Made by a program: the position numbers and the translations under genes. Shown here piece after piece: positions 11,720 to 19,550 of a DNA stretch of 64,000 bases (position 1 is the first letter of the stretch; every line of letters starts with the position of its first letter). The DNA lies in contig CAWDSQ010000030.1 of the NCBI GenBank assembly GCA_963804955.1, positions 64,001 through 128,000 of the forward strand, in the 5' to 3' direction. Origin of the DNA: an uncultured delta proteobacterium (GTDB lineage: Bacteria; Desulfobacterota; WTBG01; CAIYCZ01; CAIRTM01). Below the pieces are notes generated by a model that saw nothing but the letters and a program-made list of their open reading frames with translations, made no database searches and had not been told where the DNA came from.

Positions 11720-11900
11720 GCATTCCAGTTGGTGAAGCCCTTCGTACCCGCCCTGGGTCTAAAAGCACCGTCTTTGTAGATTGAAGGCTTCTTAAACTGG
11801 TTGGACTGACGCCAATTGGCGCACGCAGTATGTGGATGCACGGTTATAATACCGGCACGGATAGAAGGTGGTTCCGGGCAAGGTTCCCGGAAAACGACAA
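11720..11900 (+). ncRNA. Putative bridge RNA (seekRNA) of the IS110 element; boundaries approximate
   Basis: Stem 11725-11743/11783-11800 encloses ACCCGCCCT (9/9 match to target) and GTAG; a second loop holds AGTATGT and ATAGAAG matching the circle junction. Confidence 0.75.
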
Positions 11901-12093
11901 GCCCAACCGGCCAAAACGGAATGAGTATCAAAAGATAAAGAAAGAAAAAAACAAAAAAAATTAACCCGAGGCTTGACAACGGTCCTCATAGAAGGGCGGG
12001 TGCCAACCCGCCGCAAGATTTTTTAAATTGATTCAACAGGGCATTGATTTTTTCATCGTGATGGTCTCCTGCACACACTGGTTTGGTTATCCT

Positions 12094-12480
12094 TCAGTCA
12101 TACATGACGGTAATCTCGCCTTCGTCAATTTGCTCCGAACGGCATTTAGGACAACGAGGGGGAGCGTCGAGGCAATACCTCCCGCCACACCTGCATGTTC
12201 CAGCAATAAATTCGATTCCTTTGTGATATTCATCTTCGGATATAGGCTCAACTTTTGTAGTCTCTCGTATAGCCTTATCATGTTCCGCACTTGCAACACA
12301 ATACGGTCCCGGCAGTCCTTTTAAGTAGCGCAAATGCAACTCTCCAAGTTCATCAAAACCTATAGACTTCGTCTTTCCACAATTCTCACAGCGAACGAGG
12401 TGAAAGTAAAACCCCCCACCGTGGTCAACAGTGAAAGTGTTACCGCATTTGCGGCATTTGGCTTTAACTTGATGTCCCAT
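12094..12480 (-). CDS. Hypothetical zinc-ribbon protein
   Basis: 128 aa with CRKC, CENC, CRC and CPKC motifs; SD GGAGGAGG upstream. Confidence 0.75.
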   Translation of the reverse strand: MGHQVKAKCRKCGNTFTVDHGGGFYFHLVRCENCGKTKSIGFDELGELHLRYLKGLPGPYCVASAEHDKAIRETTKVEPISEDEYHKGIEFIAGTCRCGGRYCLDAPPRCPKCRSEQIDEGEITVMYD

Positions 12481-12559
12481 TTTCTGATGCCTCCTCCATT
12501 ATAATCGAACAGATATGCACATACGAGAAAATCAATTTCTCGATGACAGCATCTATAGC

Positions 12560-13117
12560 TTAGTTCTTGGGCTCGATGAGCCACGCCGATAGTCCCTTAA
12601 ACGGTGGGAGCACCGCACCAGAAAATCCTCCGTGGGCAATGATTGCAAATGTGCGGGTTCGTAAGCAGGCAGGCATTGCTTTCGGAACCATTCCATAACG
12701 CATGAAGTAGCCTCCTCGCGAGTGAAATTTACCATTCAGGAAAAACTGGAACTCTTCAAAACCCGATAACGGTCCCCAGCTTATGAACCGAACGAAGTCG
12801 ATGTGTATAGTTTTCTTTAGGAACTTAAAATTGCAGTGAATGTGCCGCGGAGTTGGATTAGGACTCGCCGAGGGATCAGAGCAAGGATAGTTTGCATCGT
12901 CTTCAGCAAGTTCCCAGGTAACATCCAGAGGAATCCTTTGCCAGCTCTCACCGTCGATAGTCATTTTAAACATCTTTTTTGTCTTAGTCTTCTGTAACTG
13001 TTCGAAGGACGGACAATCACCAAACCACGGCGGATAATGCTCATATCGTCTTGAAGGGTCGTAAAAGAAAAGGCCGTTTTTTTCTACTGACAATAAGTTA
13101 TTTAGTGGGCATTTCAT
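12560..13117 (-). CDS. Hypothetical protein directly downstream of tandem riboswitch
   Basis: 185-aa ORF with SD AAGGAG after the second terminator; no recognisable family. Confidence 0.55.
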   Translation of the reverse strand: MKCPLNNLLSVEKNGLFFYDPSRRYEHYPPWFGDCPSFEQLQKTKTKKMFKMTIDGESWQRIPLDVTWELAEDDANYPCSDPSASPNPTPRHIHCNFKFLKKTIHIDFVRFISWGPLSGFEEFQFFLNGKFHSRGGYFMRYGMVPKAMPACLRTRTFAIIAHGGFSGAVLPPFKGLSAWLIEPKN

Positions 13118-13143
13118 GGCAGATTAATCTCCTTTCTCAAAAC

Positions 13144-13182
13144 AAAAAACCTCGGGAGCTGGAACAGCCCACGAGGTTTTTT
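13144..13182 (-). terminator. Intrinsic terminator following SAM-II-like aptamer B (copy 1)
   Basis: CCTCGTGGGCTG-TTC-CAGCTCCCGAGG-TTTTTT on minus strand. Confidence 0.75.
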
Positions 13183-13235
13183 GGCTGTTTAGCACCTTGG
13201 TAAGGCGGTTGCAAGTAACCCTAAATCGGCCCGCC
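13183..13235 (-). promoter_or_regulatory. SAM-II-like riboswitch aptamer B (copy 1)
   Basis: GGCGG-GCCGATTT-AGGGTT-AC-TTGC-AA-CCGCC-TTACCAAGGT-GCTAAA-CAGCC fits the SAM-II pseudoknot consensus. Confidence 0.75.
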
Positions 13236-13258
13236 GTAAAACAATTGTATTTTAAAAT

Positions 13259-13287
13259 AAAAAAACCCCGTGCTTTGGGGCGCGGGG
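13259..13287 (-). terminator. Intrinsic terminator following SAM-II-like aptamer A (copy 1)
   Basis: CCCCGCGC-CCCAAA-GCACGGGG-TTTTTTT on minus strand. Confidence 0.75.
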
Positions 13288-13305
13288 TTAAATACACTTT
13301 TAACC

Positions 13306-13357
13306 GGCCTTTAGCACATTTATATAGCGGAGCAAGTAACCAAACTAAATCACCGCT
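13306..13357 (-). promoter_or_regulatory. SAM-II-like riboswitch aptamer A (copy 1)
   Basis: AGCGG-TGATTT-AGTTTGGTT-AC-TTGC-T-CCGCT-ATATAAATGT-GCTAAA-GGCC; upstream TTGACT-16-TATGTT promoter (13392-13365). Confidence 0.8.
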
Positions 13358-13446
13358 TTGTAATAACATAGTCATTCTTTCAAACAAGTCAATAGCCGCT
13401 GCCCGGCCAAGGCCATTTTTCCCAAATACCAATAGAAATCTGTCCG

Positions 13447-14163
13447 TTACAACAACTTCCCAAAATCCTGCCAACTGGTATGCAGCGAGTCTTTATTTAG
13501 TGTTTCCGCTAATATTTTTAGATACTTCTTTCGTGGTATCGACTTTCCTCCGAGACTCAACATATGGTCAGTTACGGCCTGGCAATCGATAAAATCAAAC
13601 TCAAGCTGCAGCAGTACACGGCACAGGGCAAAAAACGCGAGCTTTGAAGCATTCGGCCGCTGGTGAAACATGGATTCACCGAAAAAAGCTCTTCCAAATG
13701 TGAGCCCGTAGAGGCCACCGCAAAGCTCGTCTCCATCGTAAACCTCAACGCTGTGCGCTATGTGCAGATGGTGCAGTTTGGTATAGACAGCCGGCATATC
13801 GCCATTTATCCAGGGGGCAGTCTGAAACGTCCTTTCCACCCGAGCGCATTGTTCCATAACCCTGGTAAAATTTCTATCAAAGCTGACTGTCAGGCTGGTA
13901 TTCCGGATAAAACTGCGCAGGCTCCGGGAGAGATGCAACTCGGATGGATACAAAACCAGGCGTGGATTCGGAGAATACCAGGGAATAGGATCCAGTCCGG
14001 ACCAGGGGAATATCCCCCTTGTGTAAGCTTCAACTACGGTGTTAACAGTTATTTTGCCGCCCAGGAAAACCAAACCATCCTTCCGCGGCTGTAATTTTTC
14101 CGGAAACTGTGCTGGGATTTCTCCACGGCGGATATCTTCGAGAATTGTCTTATAGTATTCCAT
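13447..14163 (-). CDS. aat: Leucyl/phenylalanyl-tRNA--protein transferase
   Basis: AYTRGIFPW, WYSPNPR, AHSVEV, GGLYGL, FFGESMF, NASKLA, IDCQ. Confidence 0.95.
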   Translation of the reverse strand: MEYYKTILEDIRRGEIPAQFPEKLQPRKDGLVFLGGKITVNTVVEAYTRGIFPWSGLDPIPWYSPNPRLVLYPSELHLSRSLRSFIRNTSLTVSFDRNFTRVMEQCARVERTFQTAPWINGDMPAVYTKLHHLHIAHSVEVYDGDELCGGLYGLTFGRAFFGESMFHQRPNASKLAFFALCRVLLQLEFDFIDCQAVTDHMLSLGGKSIPRKKYLKILAETLNKDSLHTSWQDFGKLL

Positions 14164-14230
14164 TTATACGTTTGAGAGAAAAATTAATAAAGGAACCCGT
14201 TGATTATTGTCGGTAAAACATAGACTCATC

Positions 14231-14867
14231 TTACAAATCGCCTTCCTGTAATACCCGACCAAGACCATTTTTCTCCAGATACCAATAGGTAAAGTGTTTA
14301 GACAGCCAGCTTGCAGCTTTTTCTTCAGCCAGTGGCCGATAACGAGACGTGTAAATAACCGGTATGCAAAAGCGTGCTTCCAAAGCATCAAGTGTTCCCG
14401 AAACAGCATTGGGGTGTGCCTCTGTGCATTCATCATCATATGGCGACTTTATATCTTCATAGCTCGCCTCTACCAGTAAAGCACGCCACCGGTACTGAGC
14501 CAATTTTTCGCACATTTTGAAAAAGCGTGACCGCTGCTGTATCAAGGTTGTTATGAGGTCGGAAAGTGTTTTGCGCTCAATTACGAGCAAGTCTTCCATG
14601 CCTTCTATGCTGTAATCACCAACGTCAAGCTTCTGCCTTCTTTCGCCGGCAATCCAGTTGGGAAACCTGCTGAAATCAAGAGGGAGTTTTTCACGGGTAT
14701 CGACCAAAACAACAGGCTTGGGAATTTGCCGTGTAATGCTGTGACCGCCACGCTTCACAATTAATCGGCCCGATGGCGGTGCTACAGGATTTTGGTGTTG
14801 TATCGGTTCATCAAGTTCATCCTGATCGGATTCTTCGACATCTTGAGGAGATCTGATCTTTTGGCAT
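14231..14867 (-). CDS. ERCC4/XPF-like nuclease domain protein (likely 1-nt error just after ATG 14867)
   Basis: VDTRE, LDVGDYS, IERKTLSDL motifs; SD AAGGAG before ATG 14867. Confidence 0.85.
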
Positions 14868-14894
14868 ATACACTCCTTTATATCGTTATAGTGG

Positions 14895-14972
14895 TTATAG
14901 AAACAGAAGAACCCCCAGTGCGGCAAGAGCAATACCGAAACCTGCAAGACCAATCAATATATCTTCTTTCAT
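14895..14972 (-). CDS. 25-aa single-TM peptide MKEDILIGLAGFGIALAALGVLLFL
   Basis: Manual translation; purine-rich SD-like GAAGGGGG upstream; lies between the DraG-like and ERCC4 genes. Confidence 0.45.
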   Translation of the reverse strand: MKEDILIGLAGFGIALAALGVLLFL

Positions 14973-15029
14973 GTAGCCCCCCTTCTATCCAATTATAAGC
15001 CTTTAATGGCAGTATACTGGTTTAGCCGG

Positions 15030-15807
15030 TCATTTGTTCTTACAATATTTTTCCGTGAATGCCTTCGTGATATCTCCAAGCCGGGCGTCCAGTACTTCGT
15101 AGACTTTTTCCTGAATTAAGGCCGGAACGCCTTTGTAGAAAGCCTGCGCTATGCCGCCAGTAATACAGGTGAGCGTATCGGTGTCTCCACCCAGCGATAC
15201 TGCCGTTCTTATGGCATCTTCAAAATCGCTGGAATCAATGAATGCCCGTATTGCCTGCGGAACAGTGCCCTGGGACGAAACATCGAAACTGTATGTCGGC
15301 CGGATCTCGTCCACGTGTTTGCTCAGATCATAGCCGAACCATGCTTCAATCGTGTTTTTGATCTCAGCCTTTGACTTCCCTGTCCGGGCAAGGAATATCG
15401 CAGACAGCGGTTGCTTGCCCTCCCTTGATTCCTTCAGGATGATTATGGGTAATCTCGGTATACTCCTTTGCCTTTTGCAGTACCGTGTCCAGATCATCAA
15501 AAGCATACCCCACAGGGCTGATGCGCATGGCAGCGCCATTGCCCCAGCTGTTGTAGGGTTCTGATGACGTGCTTTGCGCCCATTCATCAAAGTTGCCGCC
15601 ATACCCTCTGTGCGGATACCAGCAGTAGAATTTCTTGAGATTGTCGATATATGGCGTTCCGGTCAAAATAGTATCGGCCAGTGCGATTGTCAGAACCGAG
15701 TCGTCTGTGAAATGACATTTTTTAGAGAACAACTCAAACTGTTTGGTCTTGATGTTGTCCCACTCGTACACCGAACCGATGATGTCACCTGCTATTGCAC
15801 CTATCAT
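15030..15807 (-). CDS. ADP-ribosylglycohydrolase (DraG/ARH family), frameshift near 15420
   Basis: GAIAGDIIGS, FTDDS, SWGNGAAMR, THNHPEG; C-terminal GGDTDT in the second frame. Confidence 0.92.
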
Positions 15808-15920
15808 TTATTCACTCCGTCCTAAACTAAAAATTTATTATGTTGCTCATTGCATCATCAAAAGGCGCAATCAGCATATCTGCAAACATCTGACTGGTAA
15901 GCATGCTCATCTCAATACCG

Positions 15921-16579
15921 TCAGTGAAGCTTGTGATCTTTCCTGTCATTGAGATCAAAATCCATCTTCTTTTTTTTGTTACTTCGATAATCAGTGGTGT
16001 TGCACGAGAGGACTAGCAAAAGCATCTCGTGTACCTTTAGCGTCCTTGACATATGCAAGGTTTGCCTGCTTGTCTATGCCGTATGACTCTGCGTCCCGAA
16101 TCGCATCTAAATCAGAGCTGAGAAAAACAAACTGCCAGTCGTTCTTTTTTGTTTTTTCGTCTATCATTTTCACGATCTGAGCTCTGTTGAACTCGCGGCT
16201 GGCGTTCTCCTGCCCGTCAGTGACGATGGCCAGCACGACTTTTGAAGGCTGTGATTTTTCATCAATGCTTGCCAAGAGAGGCTTCCAGGTCGTTTATGCC
16301 TCTTCCGATCGCGTCCAGCAGCGGCGTGGAGGCCCGCGGGACATATACATTTCGGTCCAGTTTAGGGACTTCAGCAACAGGGGCAAAGCGGCAAATAACC
16401 TCATAGGGGTCCTGGGAGTCAAACTGAACGAGTGTCATTGTGGCCTTCCCGGGCAACTTTTGCTGCTCATCCAAAAATGCGTTGAAGCCGCCGATAATGT
16501 CATCGCGTATGCTTTCCATGGAACCGGTCCTGTCAAGGATAACGGTTATGTGCGTGTAATCGTTTTTTTCATTTTTCAT
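15921..16579 (-). CDS. von Willebrand factor A domain protein (frameshifts near 16265 and 16010)
   Basis: ILDRTGSM MIDAS motif, TPLLDAIG, IVTDGQENASREF, WQFVFL. Confidence 0.85.
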
Positions 16580-16735
16580 GGCATTCTCCTTTGTAAAACG
16601 TGGTTTATTGTCTCTTGTCTTTCCCTGTGATTTTCTATGTTCTGAATAAAGTATAGCGGTTGGTTTTGTCATATAAGGACAAAACCAAATTTTTTATCTT
16701 AGAGTCTGTACGAAAAGCCAAAGCACCTTCGTTTT

Positions 16736-16807
16736 GTCATTCTGAGCGCAGCGAAGAATCTCGTCGTTTTAATGAATTCAGAGATCCTTCACTTCGTTCA
16801 GGATGAC
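16736..16807. repeat. Palindromic intergenic repeat
   Basis: GTCATTCTGAGCGCAGCGAAGAATCTC...GAGATCCTTCACTTCGTTCAGGATGAC. Confidence 0.7.
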
Positions 16808-16914
16808 ATTAAATGACTTTTCATACCCGTTCGTGCTTAAACTCAACATACGGTGACCCGGATAACAATATTGAGATCAAGATATTTTGTTTTTTTTGCC
16901 TCCTTTTTTACAAC

Positions 16915-17163
16915 AAAAAACCCCGAGAGCTGGAACAGCCCACGAGGTTTCCTGGCTGTTTAGCACTTTGGTAAGGCGGCTGCAAGTTGCCGTAAATCGA
17001 CCCGCCGTAAAACAATTGTATTCTAAAACAAAAAAACCCGTGCTTTAGGGCACGGGCTAACTACGCTTTTAACCGGCCTTTAGCACATTTATAAAGCGGA
17101 GCAAGTAACCTTTTAACTCACCGCTATTTAATTATAGTATAGGTATGGTTTTTATAAAGTCAA
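16915..17163 (-). promoter_or_regulatory. Second copy of promoter plus tandem SAM-II-like riboswitch with two terminators
   Basis: TTGACT-16-TATACT (17163-17136); aptamer A' 17075-17125, terminator ~17030-17056, aptamer B' 16954-17006, terminator ~16915-16950; colinear with 13144-13392. Confidence 0.75.
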
Positions 17164-17207
17164 GGGAGCTTTGGCAAAAATCACTCCCTTAAACTACAGC
17201 AGCTTGC

Positions 17208-17255
17208 TCACAGATCGCCTTCCTGTAATACACGGTCAAAACCACTTTTTTCCAG
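17208..17255 (-). pseudogene. Duplicated 3' end of the ERCC4-domain gene
   Basis: Aligns to 14231-14278 (ends ...VLQEGDL*). Confidence 0.75.
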
Positions 17256-17258
17256 CTT

Positions 17259-17308
17259 GTAGGGCGTGCTATGCCCACCGATTAAAATGGTGGGCGCCAC
17301 ACCCCATG
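17259..17308. repeat. GTAG-family REP pair
   Basis: GTAGGGCGTGCTATGCCCACC...GGTGGGCGCCACACCCC. Confidence 0.55.
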
Positions 17309-17369
17309 GACTGAAAGATATGGTGCTTCAGGCAGAAACAGCATAAGCGGTATGCAGGTGTAAAAACAA

Positions 17370-17405
17370 ACAAACGCCTGCCATATAATAATGGCAGGCG
17401 TTTGT
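17370..17405 (-). terminator. Intrinsic terminator
   Basis: ACAAACGCCTGCCAT/ATGGCAGGCGTTTGT perfect hairpin, followed by TTGTTTTT on minus strand. Confidence 0.8.
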
Positions 17406-17410
17406 CGAAA

Positions 17411-17560
17411 GTCTGATGGTGCCGGTGCGTTATTTGGCAAAAAACCCGTTACTCATAGTAGCCCGAAAGCTTCACCCTATAAAGGTCATCATGACCAAAG
17501 GGTATTTGTATTAACAAAGGATTTTGCGCATGTTAACGCTTATCGAACACCTCAGACAGA
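17411..17560 (-). ncRNA. 6S RNA-like long hairpin
   Basis: 5' GTCTGAGGTGTTCGATAAGCGTTA pairs with 3' TAACGCACCGGCACCATCAGAC; ends resemble E. coli 6S (CTGAGATGTTCGCAAGCG...CGGCATCTCGG); internal bubble and apical stem. Confidence 0.55.
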
Positions 17561-17578
17561 GAGCCGTCTTTTTTAAAA

Positions 17579-17762
17579 GAAGGAAGGAGGAGGGGTGTAA
17601 GTCCGTATGGTTTGTTAGACTTAAAACACTCACTTCTCGTTAAGGTTAACTATCGATTACGTTTTACCTCTAGTTGGTGGGTCTGTCGCAGCAACTGCGA
17701 CTGAACATCGTTGCTGTTGATTGCTCAAGTTTGCTGAGCTTAACCCACCTCCTTCCCTCTAT
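17579..17762 (-). ncRNA. Unidentified multibranch structured RNA candidate
   Basis: Closing helix GGAAGGAGG/CCTCCTTCC, nested GGTGGGT/ACCCACC and several internal hairpins; no ORF; promoter-like TTGTAA-16-TATATA upstream. Confidence 0.45.
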
Positions 17763-17860
17763 CTTCTATATAACTCATAAATAGAGATTTACAACAGGGC
17801 CGAGAATATTTTTTAAGTTCAGCCGGTGGCGCATATGCATACATTATGCCACTGGGTATC

Positions 17861-18709
17861 TTATGCGTTCTTTGCTTCCGCGGTTTCGGGAAGGGAGCCA
17901 GCAGCTTTTTGCCCCCTGGCCATGATGATTTCAAAAGTGGCAGGAACGCCCTCCGGGGCGCCGAATTCCTGCTCGTAGAGCTCTATCATGCGGCGCCACA
18001 CCCTGCGCACGCCGGTGCTGCGGTTGCGGTGGGTTGACGCATTGCGCGCGCCCATTCCCTTGATGGCCCGCACAAGCTCGTTGACCGATGCATAGACTGC
18101 CGTAACGCTATAGGTTATGCCCGAGACATGTGTAAAGCCGGCATCTGCCATGTCGCAGCGCATGCGCTTTTCAGTGATGGGAAGGGCAAGAGCCTCTCCC
18201 AGTCCGTAGCCTGTTTCCCGGCTTGCCCGGGTGAATGCCTGCCGCAGTTCGCAAAAGGTATTGGTGCCGAAAGCCGAAAAGATAAAAAGCCCCCCCGGCC
18301 GCAGCACGCGCATGACCTCATCCAGCGCATCGCGCCACTGCTCAAACCACTGATAGGCAAAATTGGAAGCCACAAGATCAAATACCGAATTTGCATAGGG
18401 CAGCTGTTCGGCATCGGCAACAGGAAAGAGCAGGGGCGCCTGCGAAAGCTTGCCCCTGGCATGGGCTATCATATTGAAGGCGATATCGCAGCCGTGAACC
18501 TGTGCCGACGGGTATGCCGCCATGAGCTGTGCCGTCAGGTTGCCGGTGCCCATGCCTATATCGAGCATGCGCGCAGCTGTCTCAGCCGGCAGATCGGCAA
18601 GCTCCAGCAGCCGCGCTCCCATGGACTCCTGCAGGCCTGCATAGTGGTCATAGGTGCAGGCGCTTGCATTGAATGATTTTTTTACAAAGGGCTTGTCAAT
18701 GATCGTCAT
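17861..18709 (-). CDS. bioC: Malonyl-ACP O-methyltransferase
   Basis: SFNASACTYDHYAGLQ, LDIGMGTG, SNFAYQW; third gene of the bioF-bioH-bioC operon. Confidence 0.9.
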   Translation of the reverse strand: MTIIDKPFVKKSFNASACTYDHYAGLQESMGARLLELADLPAETAARMLDIGMGTGNLTAQLMAAYPSAQVHGCDIAFNMIAHARGKLSQAPLLFPVADAEQLPYANSVFDLVASNFAYQWFEQWRDALDEVMRVLRPGGLFIFSAFGTNTFCELRQAFTRASRETGYGLGEALALPITEKRMRCDMADAGFTHVSGITYSVTAVYASVNELVRAIKGMGARNASTHRNRSTGVRRVWRRMIELYEQEFGAPEGVPATFEIIMARGQKAAGSLPETAEAKNA

Positions 18710-19509
18710 AGTTTTCTTTTCAGAAAAAGGCGCAAGCGGCTGATAACCTCTCTGCTGCGGGTAAGAAACGGCACATGACCGGTTTGCTGAAACAGCACAA
18801 GCTCCGAGCCGGGGATATGGCTGTGCATGAAGGCCGCCCCTGCGGGGTTGCAGATGCCGTCCTCCTCACCATGCAGTATGAGCGTTGGCACACAGATGCG
18901 CGAAAGGGCTGGCCGCAGGTCCTCCTGCATGAGGCAGGCGAGCAACTCAAGGGCGGCATCTTTGGCCGGTGCACGGGAGGTGTCGGTCATGGCTGCGTAG
19001 CGCATATGTGCGCCGAATAATTCCTGCTCGCCGGGTGTCAGCAGCAGGCTGTAAAAATTTTTCAATCCTTCGGGGTATGAGCGCTCAACCTGCCGATACA
19101 GGCGCCGCACGGTTATCTCGGGGATGCCGCAGGGATAGTCAGGCCTGCTCACCAGGGATGGATTGCCGCTTATGAAAATCAGGCTGTCAAAAAGCCGGGG
19201 CGCCATTTCAAAGGCTTTTAGCAGAATTGAGACTCCCATGGACCAGCCGGCGGCGGCGACCGGGCCGGGAGAGAGGCTGTGCAGCAGATCGATTATATCA
19301 CGGGCACACGCATCGAAGGTGCTGGCGCCGGGGGCGGGCTGCGATGCGCCGTGGCCGCGCAGGTCGACTGTAATGATCTGATGTGTTCCGGATAATTCTT
19401 CCGCCAGTTCCGTAAAGGCGCCGCCGTTCATGGCCCAGCCATGCACGAGAAGAAGGGGAGCCCCCTGGCCGGATATTTGATAGTGGAGTGGTGTTGCTGC
19501 TGTATCCAT
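18706..19509 (-). CDS. bioH: Pimeloyl-ACP methyl ester carboxylesterase
   Basis: HGWAMN, GWSMG nucleophile elbow, GHVPF; between bioF and bioC. Confidence 0.85.
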   Translation of the reverse strand: MDTAATPLHYQISGQGAPLLLVHGWAMNGGAFTELAEELSGTHQIITVDLRGHGASQPAPGASTFDACARDIIDLLHSLSPGPVAAAGWSMGVSILLKAFEMAPRLFDSLIFISGNPSLVSRPDYPCGIPEITVRRLYRQVERSYPEGLKNFYSLLLTPGEQELFGAHMRYAAMTDTSRAPAKDAALELLACLMQEDLRPALSRICVPTLILHGEEDGICNPAGAAFMHSHIPGSELVLFQQTGHVPFLTRSREVISRLRLFLKRKL

Positions 19510-19550
19510 AAGGAGTTCGTACCGGCCTGCAAAACTGCCGGCTGTAAAGC

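Larger units (their letters stand above)
10450..11994 (+). mobile_element. IS110-family (IS1111-like) insertion sequence inserted in a GTAG REP
   Basis: Transposase gene; subterminal inverted repeats CTATGAAGGA (10455) and TCCTCATAG (11983); AG core at both junctions (10450-51, 11993-94); long 3' non-coding end; excision restores GTAG-GGCGGG-TGCCAA-CCCGCC. Confidence 0.88.

Noticed and set aside
13124..13592. ORFs 13124-13474 (-) and 13197-13592 (+)
   Set aside because: They overlap the duplicated riboswitch/terminator cassette and have no protein-like features.
17411..17490. tRNA suggested by ...CCGGCACCA on the minus strand
   Set aside because: No T-loop or cloverleaf; the segment pairs as the 3' arm of the 6S-like hairpin.
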